From Terrimicrobiaceae bacterium (lineage in GTDB: Bacteria; Verrucomicrobiota; Verrucomicrobiia; Chthoniobacterales; Terrimicrobiaceae): 64,000 bases of DNA. Every line of letters starts with the position of its first letter. Positions within the stretch are counted from its first letter, which is position 1. Made by a program: the position numbers and the translations under genes. The DNA lies in contig JBILZC010000003.1 in the NCBI GenBank assembly GCA_044377415.1, positions 1,788-65,787 on the forward strand, given 5' to 3'. Shown here in pieces: positions 38,501 through 45,202 of the stretch. Under the pieces are notes generated by a model. It saw nothing but the letters and a program-made list of their open reading frames with translations. It was not told the DNA's origin and did not search any database.

Positions 38501-38509
38501 GCGTTCTAG
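26594..38509 (+). CDS. Giant autotransporter: signal peptide, 7-bladed Asp-box propeller, PATR repeat passenger built of 3-4 concatenated units, C-terminal beta-barrel
   Basis: MKKTSIHTLPSRLLIAALACAALLASHAPASA looks like a signal peptide. The alternative ATG at 26477 would add 39 aa. Seven GLSISTDGGxTFTNxTTxNGLxxNxxxGVYASGSSIYAAT blades follow, then many PATR repeats. The C-terminal ~400 aa resemble an autotransporter barrel and end in ...MVSVGLNVAF. Confidence 0.9.
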   Translation: MKKTSIHTLPSRLLIAALACAALLASHAPASANGGLSFTNYTTDNGLGNNNLYGVYASGSSIYAATEGGLSISTDASGPFTNYTTGNGLGNNYVFGVYASGSSIYAATFGGGLSISTNNGTTFTNRTTGNGLGSNQLRGVYASGSSIYAATRGGLSISTDGGGTFINSTTGNGLVSNLLNGVYASGSSIYAATDFGLSISTDGGATFTNYTTSNGLGANNVRGVYASGSSIYAATFGGGLSISTDGGLTFGNRTTADGLGSNNLSGVYASGSSIYAATTSGLSISTDGGATFTNYTMADGLVANDVKGVYASGSSIYAATWGGLSIGAVPTTTLYWLGSAGDSWTAANNWSSNATGTPTGNFTASSDIVFSADNSSNETATNLGGDQTISSLTINTTAPVGISGGNLTVSGATAINTGTLTIGNGGTTGALIGDITNNATLAFNRSNNSTYSGTIDGTGNVNKLGNGTLTLNASNTYTGATMLSAGTLALGNADALSGSTLNHSNNATLRFSLPGANTYNIGGLAGDSSSSSISIGNNTLSIGANNESTAFSGAVYGTGSIIKSGTGALTLSGSSTYNGTTSLNAGTLQIGSASGLGSGGNITFGGGTLQYGNGITADVSSRIQNSGSAMAIDTNGNTVTYSSSINATNSGGLTKLGNGTLSLNGNNSYTGGTVIESGTLTGNNLGLKGEITNNATLLLTNGSSYQTEISGTGNLLVANSATLLGNATMSGGTTIQSGTLTIGGRDSTQTFILGSIDGDITNEGALRFDMNTGNRTYSGVISGNGSLVSTSSASSPNGILYLRGNNTFTGGTTFSHGTLDISGGTLASSGNLTILGGSFDIGASNQTIGNFKINGFQTTAARGSGILTASNYDLQQGTVSFSLNGTAGLAKNSVGYGSDSYQNGVVHLSGNNTATGNITVSSGILSFNTVQSLYSGNNASWTPDKISVSANSTLALGTGDGSATSGFSDAQIFEIFSSLTQNSTGTLTPTTGLTAGSSIGFNVASGNFTLNSTISDRLDLGVIGMDKIGAGALVLGSSNTFTGPINIYEGTIRAGTDYALSNSTSLVVSLKDNTRPATYDIGDFNQQFVDVTLLGGILNGGNGTITATGNYSMVSGNSFANLAGVAPLLKTGSGIAYLYGNSTYLGHTTINGTYWSRPSASDARLQFQNPVALYTDDVSKWNGGNITVNQYGIFSVRADDTGAQGFTEDRIATLITNLISANRTSGGFLAGSAFGIDTAGTNMTLSTALTDSTGQVPGGGAIGFIKYGTGTLTLNGTNNTHSLVTSVTGGTLALAPGTTLSAANATISVQNASLDLGTTSQTVAQVGVSNGFILGSGTLTANAGNYSFYSANITANLAGPVGANIENYSGTTTLAGNNTHSGNTNVGVSATVSLANLNAVVASTLVTDSGSATLFAVVGANTYNLGGLQGLGNIAFGNNTLSIGANNQSTSYGSTAGSLSGTGSVIKVGNGTLTFEGNNTYSGGTTISAGTLALGNNTTGGSVTGNITNDANLIINRSGNFTFANVVSGSGNVTQVSSGRLIVSGANTYTGNTSVNAGTLDLTGSLESSSIGIASGAALLNQNGGLSANTAVANSGNFTVNAADTIGSLSGSGNTILNAALTTGSLGTADVISGSITGTASLTKEGTGTLSINGSATNSGGLVISNGTLSIGNGGTSGSITGDITNSAALVFNRSNAYTYSGIVSGGGSLEQLGTGTTILDGNNTYSGGTIVTAGTLQGTTQSLQGAITNNATLVFNQTANGTYSGDIAGTGLLTKNGTGTITFSGTSSFSGNASINTGTLAVTGSLANAATQINSGATLTGNGTLGAVTINSGGTIAPGTITVGNMTWNSGGTYAWELGNVTSTAGTGWDLISSAGTLTIGANATNQFIIAASTNSSSSGFDPSVRSTSWKIADFAGGILGFSADAFSINTTGFGTLPSVYAFLVTADSNALYMNYGTIATWSGGTGNWTDTSNWVNGFPAANGLAVEYAGTNGTSTNNSGTNSIESLTFTNNATGAFTLAGGGLTIGAGGIVNDSAYTNTIAMNLALGANQTFAANTANLVVSGNISGAASLTKAGNQTLTLEGSNTYTGTTTVNNGTLEVATGGSINNTADIFVGILNGDNGTFHLNGGSVSNAGGYLGAQVGSVGAASVSAGNWTNTGSLFVGVGGTGSLTINGTGNVTNSDGYIGHFSGSNGTVGVSGGTWTNNTNLFIGNEGTGSLTISGTGNVTNSDGYIGNLAGGNGTVSVSGGTWTNSSNLFVGVSGTGSLTINGTGTVIVGDTLSRGSNGTINLESGGTLQIGTGGATGTLATDLANDGTLIFNLTGSSEDTHAISGTGTLTKNGTGTLILSGSNTYTGSTTLNAGTLEVNSTFENTATTVNSGGTLAGVGSLGDVSINSGGAIAPGNSAGMISVGNLTLNGGAIYNWQTSSGNGTGTAGTDWDLISSAGSLTLNTSSANITINLSLLGTTLEGVKKASWDIGNFTAGITGFNKNAFSFDAFSMNGSDGRYFMSLGVGNTTLVLNYKTAATWITGNGNWTTPSQWEDDSLPENGDAVEFTGAGGTSTNNFASANLSTVSGFNFLEGAGAYTVNGNTLQIGQDGIVNSSNQTQTIAMDVTSDGLLTVNAASGNLVLSGVFSGNWQHNLEKTGNATLTLTGNNIYEGGTIISAGTLQIGNGGTTGSVIGDIANVGALVFNRADSTTFTGNITGTGGVNQVGTGTLVLTADSTYTGNTTISSGTLQLGNGGTSGSLAGAILNNATLAINRSDDLTFANALTGTGSVLKLGNNTLTYTSTSPQGGTTVNAGTLLVTGTTTSVTVNNSGTLAGTGTIGDVTINSGGAIAPGNSPGTISVGNLTLSGGAIYNWQTLSLNGTGIAGTDWDLITSSGSLSINASANSTVGIRVSTLNGNFTSNIKKAQWQIGNFTSGITVYDQSYFSVNASGTGSRGRFFVTTNNTSLLLNYKTAAVWIGGNGSWTTANLWEDAYPPENGDAVEFSGSGGTSTNNSSLTSIAGLTFTSSATGSYTLNGNALAIGEEGIVNDSAFDHAIALNLTGGVVFGVNAATNNLTLSGVVSGNSALLKNGNSTLTLTGINIYTGGTTVSAGALVGTTQSLQGAIANNAALNFNQSFSGTYAGAMSGTGSLTKTGSGVVLLSGNNTYSGGTTINSGTLKAALSGNLVTLNPNAFGTGGVNINAGGAMLVPSTTPDGSHLSIGGDLTLNNGTIAFYDIGTSPAGQDLRIDVSGNFTNAGSGAVFDFSQVEALDAGNYTLVSYTFTNFATSAISSRAGVGTTLQGSFSMNGSSLVYTVLGAQSSGTDIQNNGGPNTPIVSNYTINQTGVVTIGANNTVEALTFNSDGSLNIQQDGVLNVTSGTLNVEDGSSVVSGGTLLAPAGFNKDGGGELDFTNNMVVTGAAAVNEGLLSVNGNLTFSGGSGNITVGGNGTLGGNGSIAGNVLFAGGNLAPGNSPGNLTIGGNLVLTGANSTIIEIASPTNFDRITVTGQATLAGNMSVVQFGGYQLAYGQRYDILTAVGGITGEFANINMPVEFENSRGRFLISGTTGTLLIAPLSYVPLALNQNQRNVAAALDTFIAATSGDQQTVSIALDSLTTGEYPSAFNQIMPGFYESLASVSIEQAFNQTQMLNQRIGSVRLGASGFQAMGGITQPLMYDKDGKSAAAAKDASPIVESAMATNWNTWALGNGQFSRTTNLSNLQNSSTEAGGFLVGADYRWSENLVSGLYAGYEYTYSKYGSDSNMRGNGVNFGGYASYATEEGYYADAVIGGGYTGYQTRRSIKFSTIDRTAKADPNSTHFSAALNLGKDFEVGKFTLGPIVGAQYTYAGIGSFTESGADSLDLELDQQNANSLRSTLGGRIAYTWNLNQKIAIIPEVRMFWQHEFLNNARNINASLDGGNGAAFDFKTTDPYRSSVFAGAGVTAQFGKNLSGSVFYNVNFGSQTYQSGMVSVGLNVAF
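26690..27580 (+). repeat. Seven tandem 123-129 bp coding repeats (propeller blades) with near-identical DNA cores
   Basis: The 39-mer ggcgtttatgccagtgggtcctcgatctacgccgcgacc recurs with 0-5 mismatches, starting near 26753, 26879, 27008, 27131, 27260, 27389 and 27518. Confidence 0.9.
33059..33430 (+). repeat. 144-bp (48-aa) tandem coding repeat, about 2.6 copies
   Basis: Units start at 33059, 33203 and 33347 (G(N/T)WTN..(S/N)LF(V/I)G..GTGSLTI.GTGNVTNSDGYIG...G.NGTV.VSG). Confidence 0.85.
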
Positions 38510-38633
38510 TGGTAAAGAAACTGAGGTAGCAAAACATAGCAACCATCCATCTGAAAAACACAGGCCTCTTCGTCTGGGGGGGATGGCCGTTCCCAGTGCC
38601 TGCATGTGGTACAAATCTGATTCGACCCAAGGT

Positions 38634-39194
38634 CTATTTTCCCGCCAGTAGTTCCTTGACGATTTCGAAGCCTGTACGGCAATTTTCCTGCCAATCGGAG
38701 CCGTCGCCATTATCGGAAACCCATTTGTAGGATTGGTAGGGCACTCCCAAGTTCCGGCATACCTTTGCCTGAGCGTAACATTCCATATCGAAGACAGTGG
38801 AGGATTGAATCGATTTCAAATAGCTCGGTGAATACTTGGACTCCTGCTGGGCATCATAAAAATAATCCGTCGAAAAACAGGTCGTTTTTAGAGCGTGGTC
38901 GAGAATGATTTCATGGCTCTCGTCTTCAAATGGCGTTTCCCCATAGTGGCACAAAGGGGTGGCATCGATGTCCTGGAGCGCGCGACCGATTTGAACAATC
39001 TGGCCCACAGGAATCGAAAGCGAACCGCAGGATCCGATATTCACAATCTGGCGGAATCCCTGACCGATCGCGTGATGTGCCGCGATAGCCGAATTGATTT
39101 TTCCAACGCCTGTAAAAATGACCGGACTTCCGAGAATTTCTTCAATCCCACCAACCTCAAGCCGCACAGCTACTAAAAAGACACGATCTTTCAT
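38634..39194 (-). CDS. Nucleoside phosphorylase-I family protein (MTA/SAH nucleosidase or futalosine hydrolase-like)
   Basis: By hand alignment, TGVGKINSA, NIGSCGSL and VFDMECYAQAKVCRNLGVPYQSYKWVSDNGD line up with the Pfs motifs SGIGKV, NTGSAGG and VEMEA...ISD. Confidence 0.75.
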   Translation of the reverse strand: MKDRVFLVAVRLEVGGIEEILGSPVIFTGVGKINSAIAAHHAIGQGFRQIVNIGSCGSLSIPVGQIVQIGRALQDIDATPLCHYGETPFEDESHEIILDHALKTTCFSTDYFYDAQQESKYSPSYLKSIQSSTVFDMECYAQAKVCRNLGVPYQSYKWVSDNGDGSDWQENCRTGFEIVKELLAGK

Positions 39195-39255
39195 AGGGAA
39201 ACGTTTGGCGAGAGAAGTCGGTTGATCGAATGAGTGAATAGCATAGTTTCAAAAA

Positions 39256-40283
39256 GGGGTCAGTCCCGAGGATTGACTTTATTTTTAAAATTGGCAAGCT
39301 TGTTTGTATGGCGCGACAACTAAGAGTGGAATACGAGGGGGCGATTTACCATGTGATGAGCCGAGGGGACCGGAAGGAGAACATTTTTTGGGATGACAGG
39401 GACCGGCAAGTGTTTCTTCGTACGCTTGATGAAACCTGTGAAAAGACGGGATGGCAGGTGCATGCCTATTGCTTGATGGGGAATCATTTTCACCTTGTGA
39501 TCGAGACTCCGCAACCGACGCTGGTTAAAGGAATGAAGTGGTTTTTGGGAACATACACACAACGTTTCAATACGCGACATCAAGTGACAGGACATCTTTT
39601 TGCAGGAAGATACAAGGCTCTGCTAGTCGATGAGGCTGACGACCTGTACTTGCGGGTGGTCTGCGATTATGTGCATCTTAATCCGTTTCGGGCTCGGCTG
39701 TTGGAAGAGGGGGCGGCATTGGAATCCTATGTTTGGAGTAGTTATCCGCACTACCTTACTGTGCCAGAAAAACGCCCATCCTGGTTGCGTGTCGATCGCT
39801 ATCTGGGCGAGTATGGCATTACTTACGATGGAGAAATGGGACGCCAGCAACTCGCGATATATCTTGAGCAAAGGTGTGCTGGAGAGGGGGAACACGCGGA
39901 AGAAGCGCTCTGGAAAGAAATACGGCGGGGTTGGAAGTTTGGGGCCGAGGATTTTGTGGAACGGATAGCGGAAATCATGGGGAAAGATGACAGAAAAGCG
40001 CAATCGGGGAACCATCTGTCAGACGCTGTTCGTGAAAGCGAGGAAGCGAAGGCGCGAAATATGATTGAGGCCCATTTGGAAGGTTTAGGAACGACTTTCG
40101 CCGAGATGCGGAAGTGGCGCAAAACACATCACGAAAAGACAAATCTCGCATTGAAGTTGAGAAAAAATACCACACTCGGCGTGAGTTGGATTGCGAAAGA
40201 ACTCAACGCGGGCGCATCCTCCACCCTGTGGAAACAAATGAGGCTCGCAAAGGCAAAAAGGCAATAAAATCGGGACTGACCCC
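39256..40283 (+). mobile_element. RayT/IS200-like HUH gene unit bounded by a 13-bp perfect inverted repeat
   Basis: GGGGTCAGTCCCG at 39256-39268 and its exact reverse complement CGGGACTGACCCC at 40271-40283. The left arm is 39 nt before the ATG. The right arm is 3 nt after the stop. Confidence 0.6.
39308..40267 (+). CDS. REP-associated tyrosine transposase-like (IS200/Y1 HUH) protein with C-terminal HTH
   Basis: YHVMSRG, HUH motif GNHFHLVIETP, and DYVHLNPFRARL. The C-terminal LKLRKNTTLGVSWIAKELNAGASSTLWKQM looks HTH-like. Confidence 0.85.
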   Translation: MARQLRVEYEGAIYHVMSRGDRKENIFWDDRDRQVFLRTLDETCEKTGWQVHAYCLMGNHFHLVIETPQPTLVKGMKWFLGTYTQRFNTRHQVTGHLFAGRYKALLVDEADDLYLRVVCDYVHLNPFRARLLEEGAALESYVWSSYPHYLTVPEKRPSWLRVDRYLGEYGITYDGEMGRQQLAIYLEQRCAGEGEHAEEALWKEIRRGWKFGAEDFVERIAEIMGKDDRKAQSGNHLSDAVRESEEAKARNMIEAHLEGLGTTFAEMRKWRKTHHEKTNLALKLRKNTTLGVSWIAKELNAGASSTLWKQMRLAKAKRQ

Positions 40284-40353
40284 GCCGCTCTACTCGGGGG
40301 AGCGGTGCGCGGGGGGGGCACAGTATACAGAACTAACAGGATGGGTAAAAGCC

Positions 40354-41283
40354 TCAGGGTTTCAACTCGCGTCTTCGGTGAATGATTGATGCGAGGATGG
40401 TGATGGCGAGGATGCCGGTTATGACTCCGAGAGAGACCATGCTGTCCAATTTCCAGGTGGTATGGGCTAGCGCCATTTTTGCTCCGACAAAACAGAGGAT
40501 GACGCCAAGTCCGTATTTCAGAAAGTGGAAGTAGGGAAGGATTCCTGATAAAGCGAAGTAAAGCGATCGCAATCCCAGTATGGCAAAGACGTTGGAGGTA
40601 TAAACAATGAAGATGTCTTGGGTAATGGCGAAAATCGCAGGGATCGAATCGACGGCAAAAATGAGGTCGGTGAATTCGACACAAATCAACACGGCAAACA
40701 TGGGAGTCGCGGCCCATTTGGCGCCTTGTTTCACAAAGAATTTATCGCCATGAAACTCCTTAGTGAGGGGTATCACTTTACGAAGCAATCGGAGAGCGAT
40801 ATTTTTTTCAAAATCGATGACTTCATTTGTTGCAAAGAGCATCTTGATTCCAGTGAAAAAGAGGATGCCGGCAAAAACATAAGTGATCCATGCGAAATTC
40901 GTCAGTAGAGCGGCGCCGGCGGCAATCATGAGGGCCCGCATCACTAGAGCGCCAAAAATTCCCCAGAACAGAATTTTGTGCTGATAGATCGCTGGAACGC
41001 CAAAAAAGGTGAACAGAACGGCAATGATGAACAAATTGTCCACGGAGAGGGATTTCTCCACGACATAGCCGGTGAAGAATTCCGTAGCCTTCAGCCAGCC
41101 CATCTCAAAATAAACCCAAGTATTGAAAGCCAAGGCCAACGTGATCCAGACCGCAGACCAGAGGAGGGCTTCTTTGATTGAAACAGTGTGAGCCTTGCGG
41201 TGAAACACACCCAGATCAAGGGATAGCATCACAATCACAAACGCATTGAATGCGACCCACCAAAATACAGGAACCTCGGACAT
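40354..41283 (-). CDS. TerC-family integral membrane protein
   Basis: The N-terminus ...LSLDLGVFHRKAHTVSIKEALLWSAVWITLALAFN, SVDNLFII, and multiple TM helices are typical of TerC/Alx. Confidence 0.9.
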   Translation of the reverse strand: MSEVPVFWWVAFNAFVIVMLSLDLGVFHRKAHTVSIKEALLWSAVWITLALAFNTWVYFEMGWLKATEFFTGYVVEKSLSVDNLFIIAVLFTFFGVPAIYQHKILFWGIFGALVMRALMIAAGAALLTNFAWITYVFAGILFFTGIKMLFATNEVIDFEKNIALRLLRKVIPLTKEFHGDKFFVKQGAKWAATPMFAVLICVEFTDLIFAVDSIPAIFAITQDIFIVYTSNVFAILGLRSLYFALSGILPYFHFLKYGLGVILCFVGAKMALAHTTWKLDSMVSLGVITGILAITILASIIHRRRELKP

Positions 41284-41287
41284 AGTG

Positions 41288-41719
41288 CTAAGCTCGCTCC
41301 AGCTCGTCGCGAAGGCTAGGGTTTCTTGTAAACACTCTGGCCACTAAACGGGCGTCATCGGTGAGTCCGATTTCCGGAATAAAATCCGGGATGATATCCA
41401 CACTTTTCAGTAAATACGAGGCGGCCACGCCTGCCTCGGCAAGGTCGAGCGGCAAGGGGTCCCGACAATTCCGAGAACGCAGGGAGTGAAGGATGCCAAC
41501 AAGACACTCGGTGTTTTGTTGGAGATCAAAATGCTGTTGAGCCTGGTCGGTTTTCATCTTTTCCCGCAACTGCGGAGTGAATTCTGCCAGTTTACGCATT
41601 TCAGTGGCCGACATTTTGGAACTTTCGTTTTCGATGTATTCATCGATGGAAACGGCCTGCTCGGGAGAATGCGGATTTCTCACAATGTCGCTGCGGTGGA
41701 TGATCGGACGGTGATTCAT
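41288..41719 (-). CDS. DUF1232 (YkvA-like) domain protein
   Basis: The motif DIIPDFIPEIGLTDDARLVARVF matches the DUF1232 signature (IPDfIPviGylDD). Its ATG overlaps the upstream stop (TAATG). Confidence 0.7.
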   Translation of the reverse strand: MNHRPIIHRSDIVRNPHSPEQAVSIDEYIENESSKMSATEMRKLAEFTPQLREKMKTDQAQQHFDLQQNTECLVGILHSLRSRNCRDPLPLDLAEAGVAASYLLKSVDIIPDFIPEIGLTDDARLVARVFTRNPSLRDELERA

Positions 41720-42414
41720 TATTCCTCACGCCTTCCTGTGAGGAGTGGTAGGAGATGCCAGATGAAGTAGGCCAGCGAGGTGATGAAGGCGGCCACATAG
41801 GTCAAGGCGGCGGCATTCAAGACTCGGTCCACGCCGCTGGATTCCGTGAACGATGTCACGACCCCGCTCGAGCGGAGGGCCAGCTTGGCGCGATGGGAGG
41901 CATCAAACTCCACAGGTAAGGTCACCAAATTGAATAACATGATGACGCCCCACCCGCAGGCCATAAAATACATGGCCGATGATGTCGATACGAGGCCCGT
42001 GAAAAGCCCGATGAGCGGCAGCCACATCACGATTTGATTGGCGATGTTCGTAACGCCGACAGCCGCCATGCGAAGGTGGAGGGGCATATAGGCTTTCGCA
42101 TGCTGGATGGCGTGACCGGCCTCATGCGCGGAAACCGCCAATGCCGAAATGGAGTGGCCATGGTAGTTGGCCTCACTCAATACCAATCGCCGATGCGTTG
42201 GGTCGTAGTGATCCGTGAGTTCGCCGGGCTGAGACTCGATCGCCACACCTGTGACGCCCTCTTCATCCAGAATGCGCCGAGCGGCCTCGGACCCCGTGAG
42301 GCCGGAGAGCGATGTTTCCTCAGCGTAGCGGCGATAAACACGCTTCACTCGAAAGGAAGCCCAGAGAGAGAGGATCATTGTGCCTGCGAATAGGAGGAGT
42401 GCTGTGGTTTGCAT
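41719..42414 (-). CDS. Membrane zinc metallopeptidase (YugP-like, Zn_peptidase_2)
   Basis: HEAGHAIQH zinc motif, an N-terminal TM helix and C-terminal TM helices. The ATG at 42414 is preferred over the GTG at 42438. Confidence 0.85.
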   Translation of the reverse strand: MQTTALLLFAGTMILSLWASFRVKRVYRRYAEETSLSGLTGSEAARRILDEEGVTGVAIESQPGELTDHYDPTHRRLVLSEANYHGHSISALAVSAHEAGHAIQHAKAYMPLHLRMAAVGVTNIANQIVMWLPLIGLFTGLVSTSSAMYFMACGWGVIMLFNLVTLPVEFDASHRAKLALRSSGVVTSFTESSGVDRVLNAAALTYVAAFITSLAYFIWHLLPLLTGRREE

Positions 42415-42485
42415 GTCATCTAATATAGAAAGATTCACTTGTTCTGGAATAACGAATATATAAACAGGTTGTTAGGTTTTTACTT

Positions 42486-43391
42486 ATGAACTTGCAGCTC
42501 AACTACCATCATCTGCGATACTTTCTTGCCGTTGCAACCCAAGGCGGAATCAAGGCCGCAACCGAAGCGTTGCATGTTTCGGCGCCGACTCTCAGTGCGC
42601 AGGTTCGGGAGTTGGAGGACTTTTTGGAAGTGGAGCTTTTTCATCGTGAGGGGAAAAGTCTGATTCTGAGTGAAGCCGGTCGAGTTGTGAAGCGCTACGC
42701 CGAGCGCATTTTCGCATTTGGGGATGAAATGGTGGAGGTCGTTCAGCGCGGAGGAGCGGGTGGGGCAGAGACGGTTTATCTCGGTATCGGGGATGCTGTG
42801 CCGAAGCTTCTCGCCTCGCATATTTTGGTTCGTTGTTGGGAGGAAGCTCCGAGCTTAAAAATTGTGGTGAGGGAAGGTTTGCCCAGTGAGCTTTTTCCCG
42901 CCTTGGCCGCCCACCAGCTCGACATCGTGATTGCGAACGAGCCGGCGCCGCCCTCGCTGAAAGCGGCGTTGTTTTGCGCCAAGGCTGGGCGATACGGAGT
43001 GCATTTCGTAGCCACGGCGGAACTGAAAAAAACCTATAATCCGAAGCGCGGGCTTTCCGGCTTTCCTGTATTGCTTCCGACGCGGGAATCCGCTCTTCGG
43101 AGGGAACTGGAGCGCTGGTGGGCTGAGAATGGTATCGTTCCTGATATCCGAGCCGAGTTTGACGATACGGCGGCGATGTGTGAGTTGGCGGCGTCGGGAA
43201 TCGGGGCGGCTCCTGTCCTCGAGCCGGTTCTGGATGATGTGCTGAAACGATACGGGCTCCAAAGGCTTCCACTCAAAACGGGAATCCAGGAGGAGCTATT
43301 TGTTATCACTGCGGAGCGCCAGTTTTCGCAAGAGGGTCCGAGGATGATTGCGCGCATCGCTTCGAGCCACAGAAGGGAATCCGCAAGATAG
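42486..43391 (+). CDS. LysR-family transcriptional regulator (NhaR-like N-terminus)
   Basis: wHTH LNYHHLRYFLAVATQGGIKAATEALHVSAPTLSAQVRELEDFLEVELFHREGK, followed by a substrate-binding domain. Confidence 0.9.
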   Translation: MNLQLNYHHLRYFLAVATQGGIKAATEALHVSAPTLSAQVRELEDFLEVELFHREGKSLILSEAGRVVKRYAERIFAFGDEMVEVVQRGGAGGAETVYLGIGDAVPKLLASHILVRCWEEAPSLKIVVREGLPSELFPALAAHQLDIVIANEPAPPSLKAALFCAKAGRYGVHFVATAELKKTYNPKRGLSGFPVLLPTRESALRRELERWWAENGIVPDIRAEFDDTAAMCELAASGIGAAPVLEPVLDDVLKRYGLQRLPLKTGIQEELFVITAERQFSQEGPRMIARIASSHRRESAR

Positions 43392-43400
43392 CGGCTTGAG

Positions 43401-43428
43401 GGAAGTTTCGGGGGAACTTCCATTTTTT
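43401..43428 (+). terminator. Intrinsic terminator after the LysR gene
   Basis: GGAAGUU-UCGGGGG-AACUUCC followed by AUUUUUU. It starts 10 nt after the stop. Confidence 0.7.
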
Positions 43429-43496
43429 ACGGAGACGAATTTAAAAAAGAAAAAAAAGGTCTTCGCGATCAGCGCCGATTTGCTCATAGTTTTTGG

Positions 43497-44564
43497 ATGC
43501 AAAGAACTCCGCTATACGATGAACATGTCCGCGCTGGCGGTCGCATAGTAGAGTTTGCGGGTTGGGAAATGCCGGTGCAATACACGGGCATTTTGCAGGA
43601 GCACAAAGCTGTGCGCGAGGCCTGTGGCGTTTTTGATATTTCGCACATGGGGGAGTTTTTTGTGAAGGGTCCCGATGCATCGGCGTGGCTCGATACGCTG
43701 CTGACGAACAACGTGAGCCAATTGCCCGTGGGGCACGCTCAATACTCGGTCATGTTGAATGAGCGAGGCGGGGTGATTGACGACCTTATTGTTTACCATC
43801 TGGCTGAGGATCGATTCCTGCTCATCGTGAATGCGTCGATGATCGAAGAAGATGCCGCTTGGATGCGCTCGCATCTTTCCGGGAATGTGGAATTTCAAAA
43901 TCGGAGTGACGATTTCGCGGCGCTTGCTATTCAGGGTCCGCTTGCGGCAGCGGTTTTTGAAAAAATCTTCCAGCGTCCGATGCCAAGCGAGCGTAATCGG
44001 GTGGAGGAAATCGAACCCGGTCGTTCCTACATTGCAACGACAGGATACACGGGTGAAGATGGATTTGAGTGGCTCGTGCCGGCGAGTGAGTCGGCGAATG
44101 CCTGGAATACGGCCTTGGCTGCCGGAGCTTTTCCTTGCGGTCTCGGCGCACGCGACACCCTTCGACTCGAGATGGGCTACCCGCTCAATGGGTCTGACCT
44201 TTCCCCCGAACGCACACCTTTGGAAGCCGGGTTGGGATTTTTTGTGGATCTGAAAAAAACCGCGTTCACCGGACGTCAGATTCTTCTCGATCAAAAATCC
44301 AGCCTTCTCCCACACAAGCTCTGCGCGATCCGCGTGCTCGACAAGGCTCCGCCGGTCCGCCCGCACTACAAAGTGTATGTGAATGGCGAACCGGTCTCCG
44401 AGACGACCAGCGGGGCGCTTTCTCCTTCGCTTGGCTATGGCATCGCGATGGCCTACCTGCCGCCGGCTTATTCCGACATCGGCCAAGAAGTGGAAGTCGA
44501 AGTGCGCGATCGTCGGTTCCGCGCCGTCATTGTCAAAAAACCCTTTTACAAAAAACAACCATGA
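43497..44564 (+). CDS. gcvT: Glycine cleavage system aminomethyltransferase (T protein)
   Basis: [35 protein letters not shown], and the typical length of 355 aa. Confidence 0.95.
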   Translation: MQRTPLYDEHVRAGGRIVEFAGWEMPVQYTGILQEHKAVREACGVFDISHMGEFFVKGPDASAWLDTLLTNNVSQLPVGHAQYSVMLNERGGVIDDLIVYHLAEDRFLLIVNASMIEEDAAWMRSHLSGNVEFQNRSDDFAALAIQGPLAAAVFEKIFQRPMPSERNRVEEIEPGRSYIATTGYTGEDGFEWLVPASESANAWNTALAAGAFPCGLGARDTLRLEMGYPLNGSDLSPERTPLEAGLGFFVDLKKTAFTGRQILLDQKSSLLPHKLCAIRVLDKAPPVRPHYKVYVNGEPVSETTSGALSPSLGYGIAMAYLPPAYSDIGQEVEVEVRDRRFRAVIVKKPFYKKQP

Positions 44565-44941
44565 ACATCCCTGAAAACCTGCGCTACGCCGCTTCCCACG
44601 AATGGATTCTCGTCGAGGGCGACACCGGAACGGTCGGCATCACCGATCACGCCCAAGCGGAACTCACTGACATTGTTTTTGCAGAGCCTCCTGCGATTGG
44701 AAAAACCGTGAAAGCCGGCGAAGTGGCCGCTGTTGTTGAATCCGTCAAAGCCGCCAGCGATATCTATTCTCCGGTCACTGGCGAGGTGATCGAGCGTAAT
44801 GAAGCCATCGAAGCCGATCCGGCCTTGCTGAATACGGACCCATTTGGACAGGGATGGATCTACAAAATCCGTCTCTCCGATCCCGCCGAACTCGCGACAT
44901 TGAATGATGCCGCCGGGTACCGCGCGCAGATCGGAGGCTAA
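44561..44941 (+). CDS. gcvH: Glycine cleavage system H protein
   Basis: YAASHEWI..GITDHAQ, and the lipoyl-lysine context VESVKAASDIYSPV. ATGA overlap with gcvT. Confidence 0.95.
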   Translation: MNIPENLRYAASHEWILVEGDTGTVGITDHAQAELTDIVFAEPPAIGKTVKAGEVAAVVESVKAASDIYSPVTGEVIERNEAIEADPALLNTDPFGQGWIYKIRLSDPAELATLNDAAGYRAQIGG

Positions 44942-45202
44942 GATCAAAGGCAGAGCGTAGTGGGTCAATTTAAACCCGAAACGGATTTTTTGACAGGATT
45001 TAAAGGATTAGCAGGAATTCCTTAGGGGGGCTGAATGCCGCGCAAAACAGAGAACACCCTTTGATTTGCAAATATCTAACCCGTCTTTGACTAGCTCGCT
45101 CCCACTCGACTCGCCCTGCGGGCCGATCTAGGATTGGCCTCACTCAAAGGCTCCCAACCTTCTCGGTTGTGCTCTCTATGGTCAATTCTGCTGAAATCGC
45201 GC

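Noticed and set aside
41284-42485. yybP-ykoY (Mn2+) riboswitch expected upstream of a TerC-family gene
   Set aside because: terC is preceded at 4 nt by the DUF1232 gene and, beyond that, by the Zn-peptidase gene. Only about 70 nt separate that operon from the divergent LysR gene, so there is no room for the riboswitch.
43392-43496. Glycine riboswitch upstream of gcvT (and in 46763-47056 upstream of gcvP)
   Set aside because: The conserved cores (GGAGAG ... CaCCGAAGGgGCAA ... CUCaGGCAAAAGGAC) are not visible. The gcvT leader is mostly the LysR terminator plus an A/T-rich stretch. The duplicated GCGGATGGAG upstream of gcvP lacks the CCGAAGG core. A covariance-model scan is needed to be definitive.
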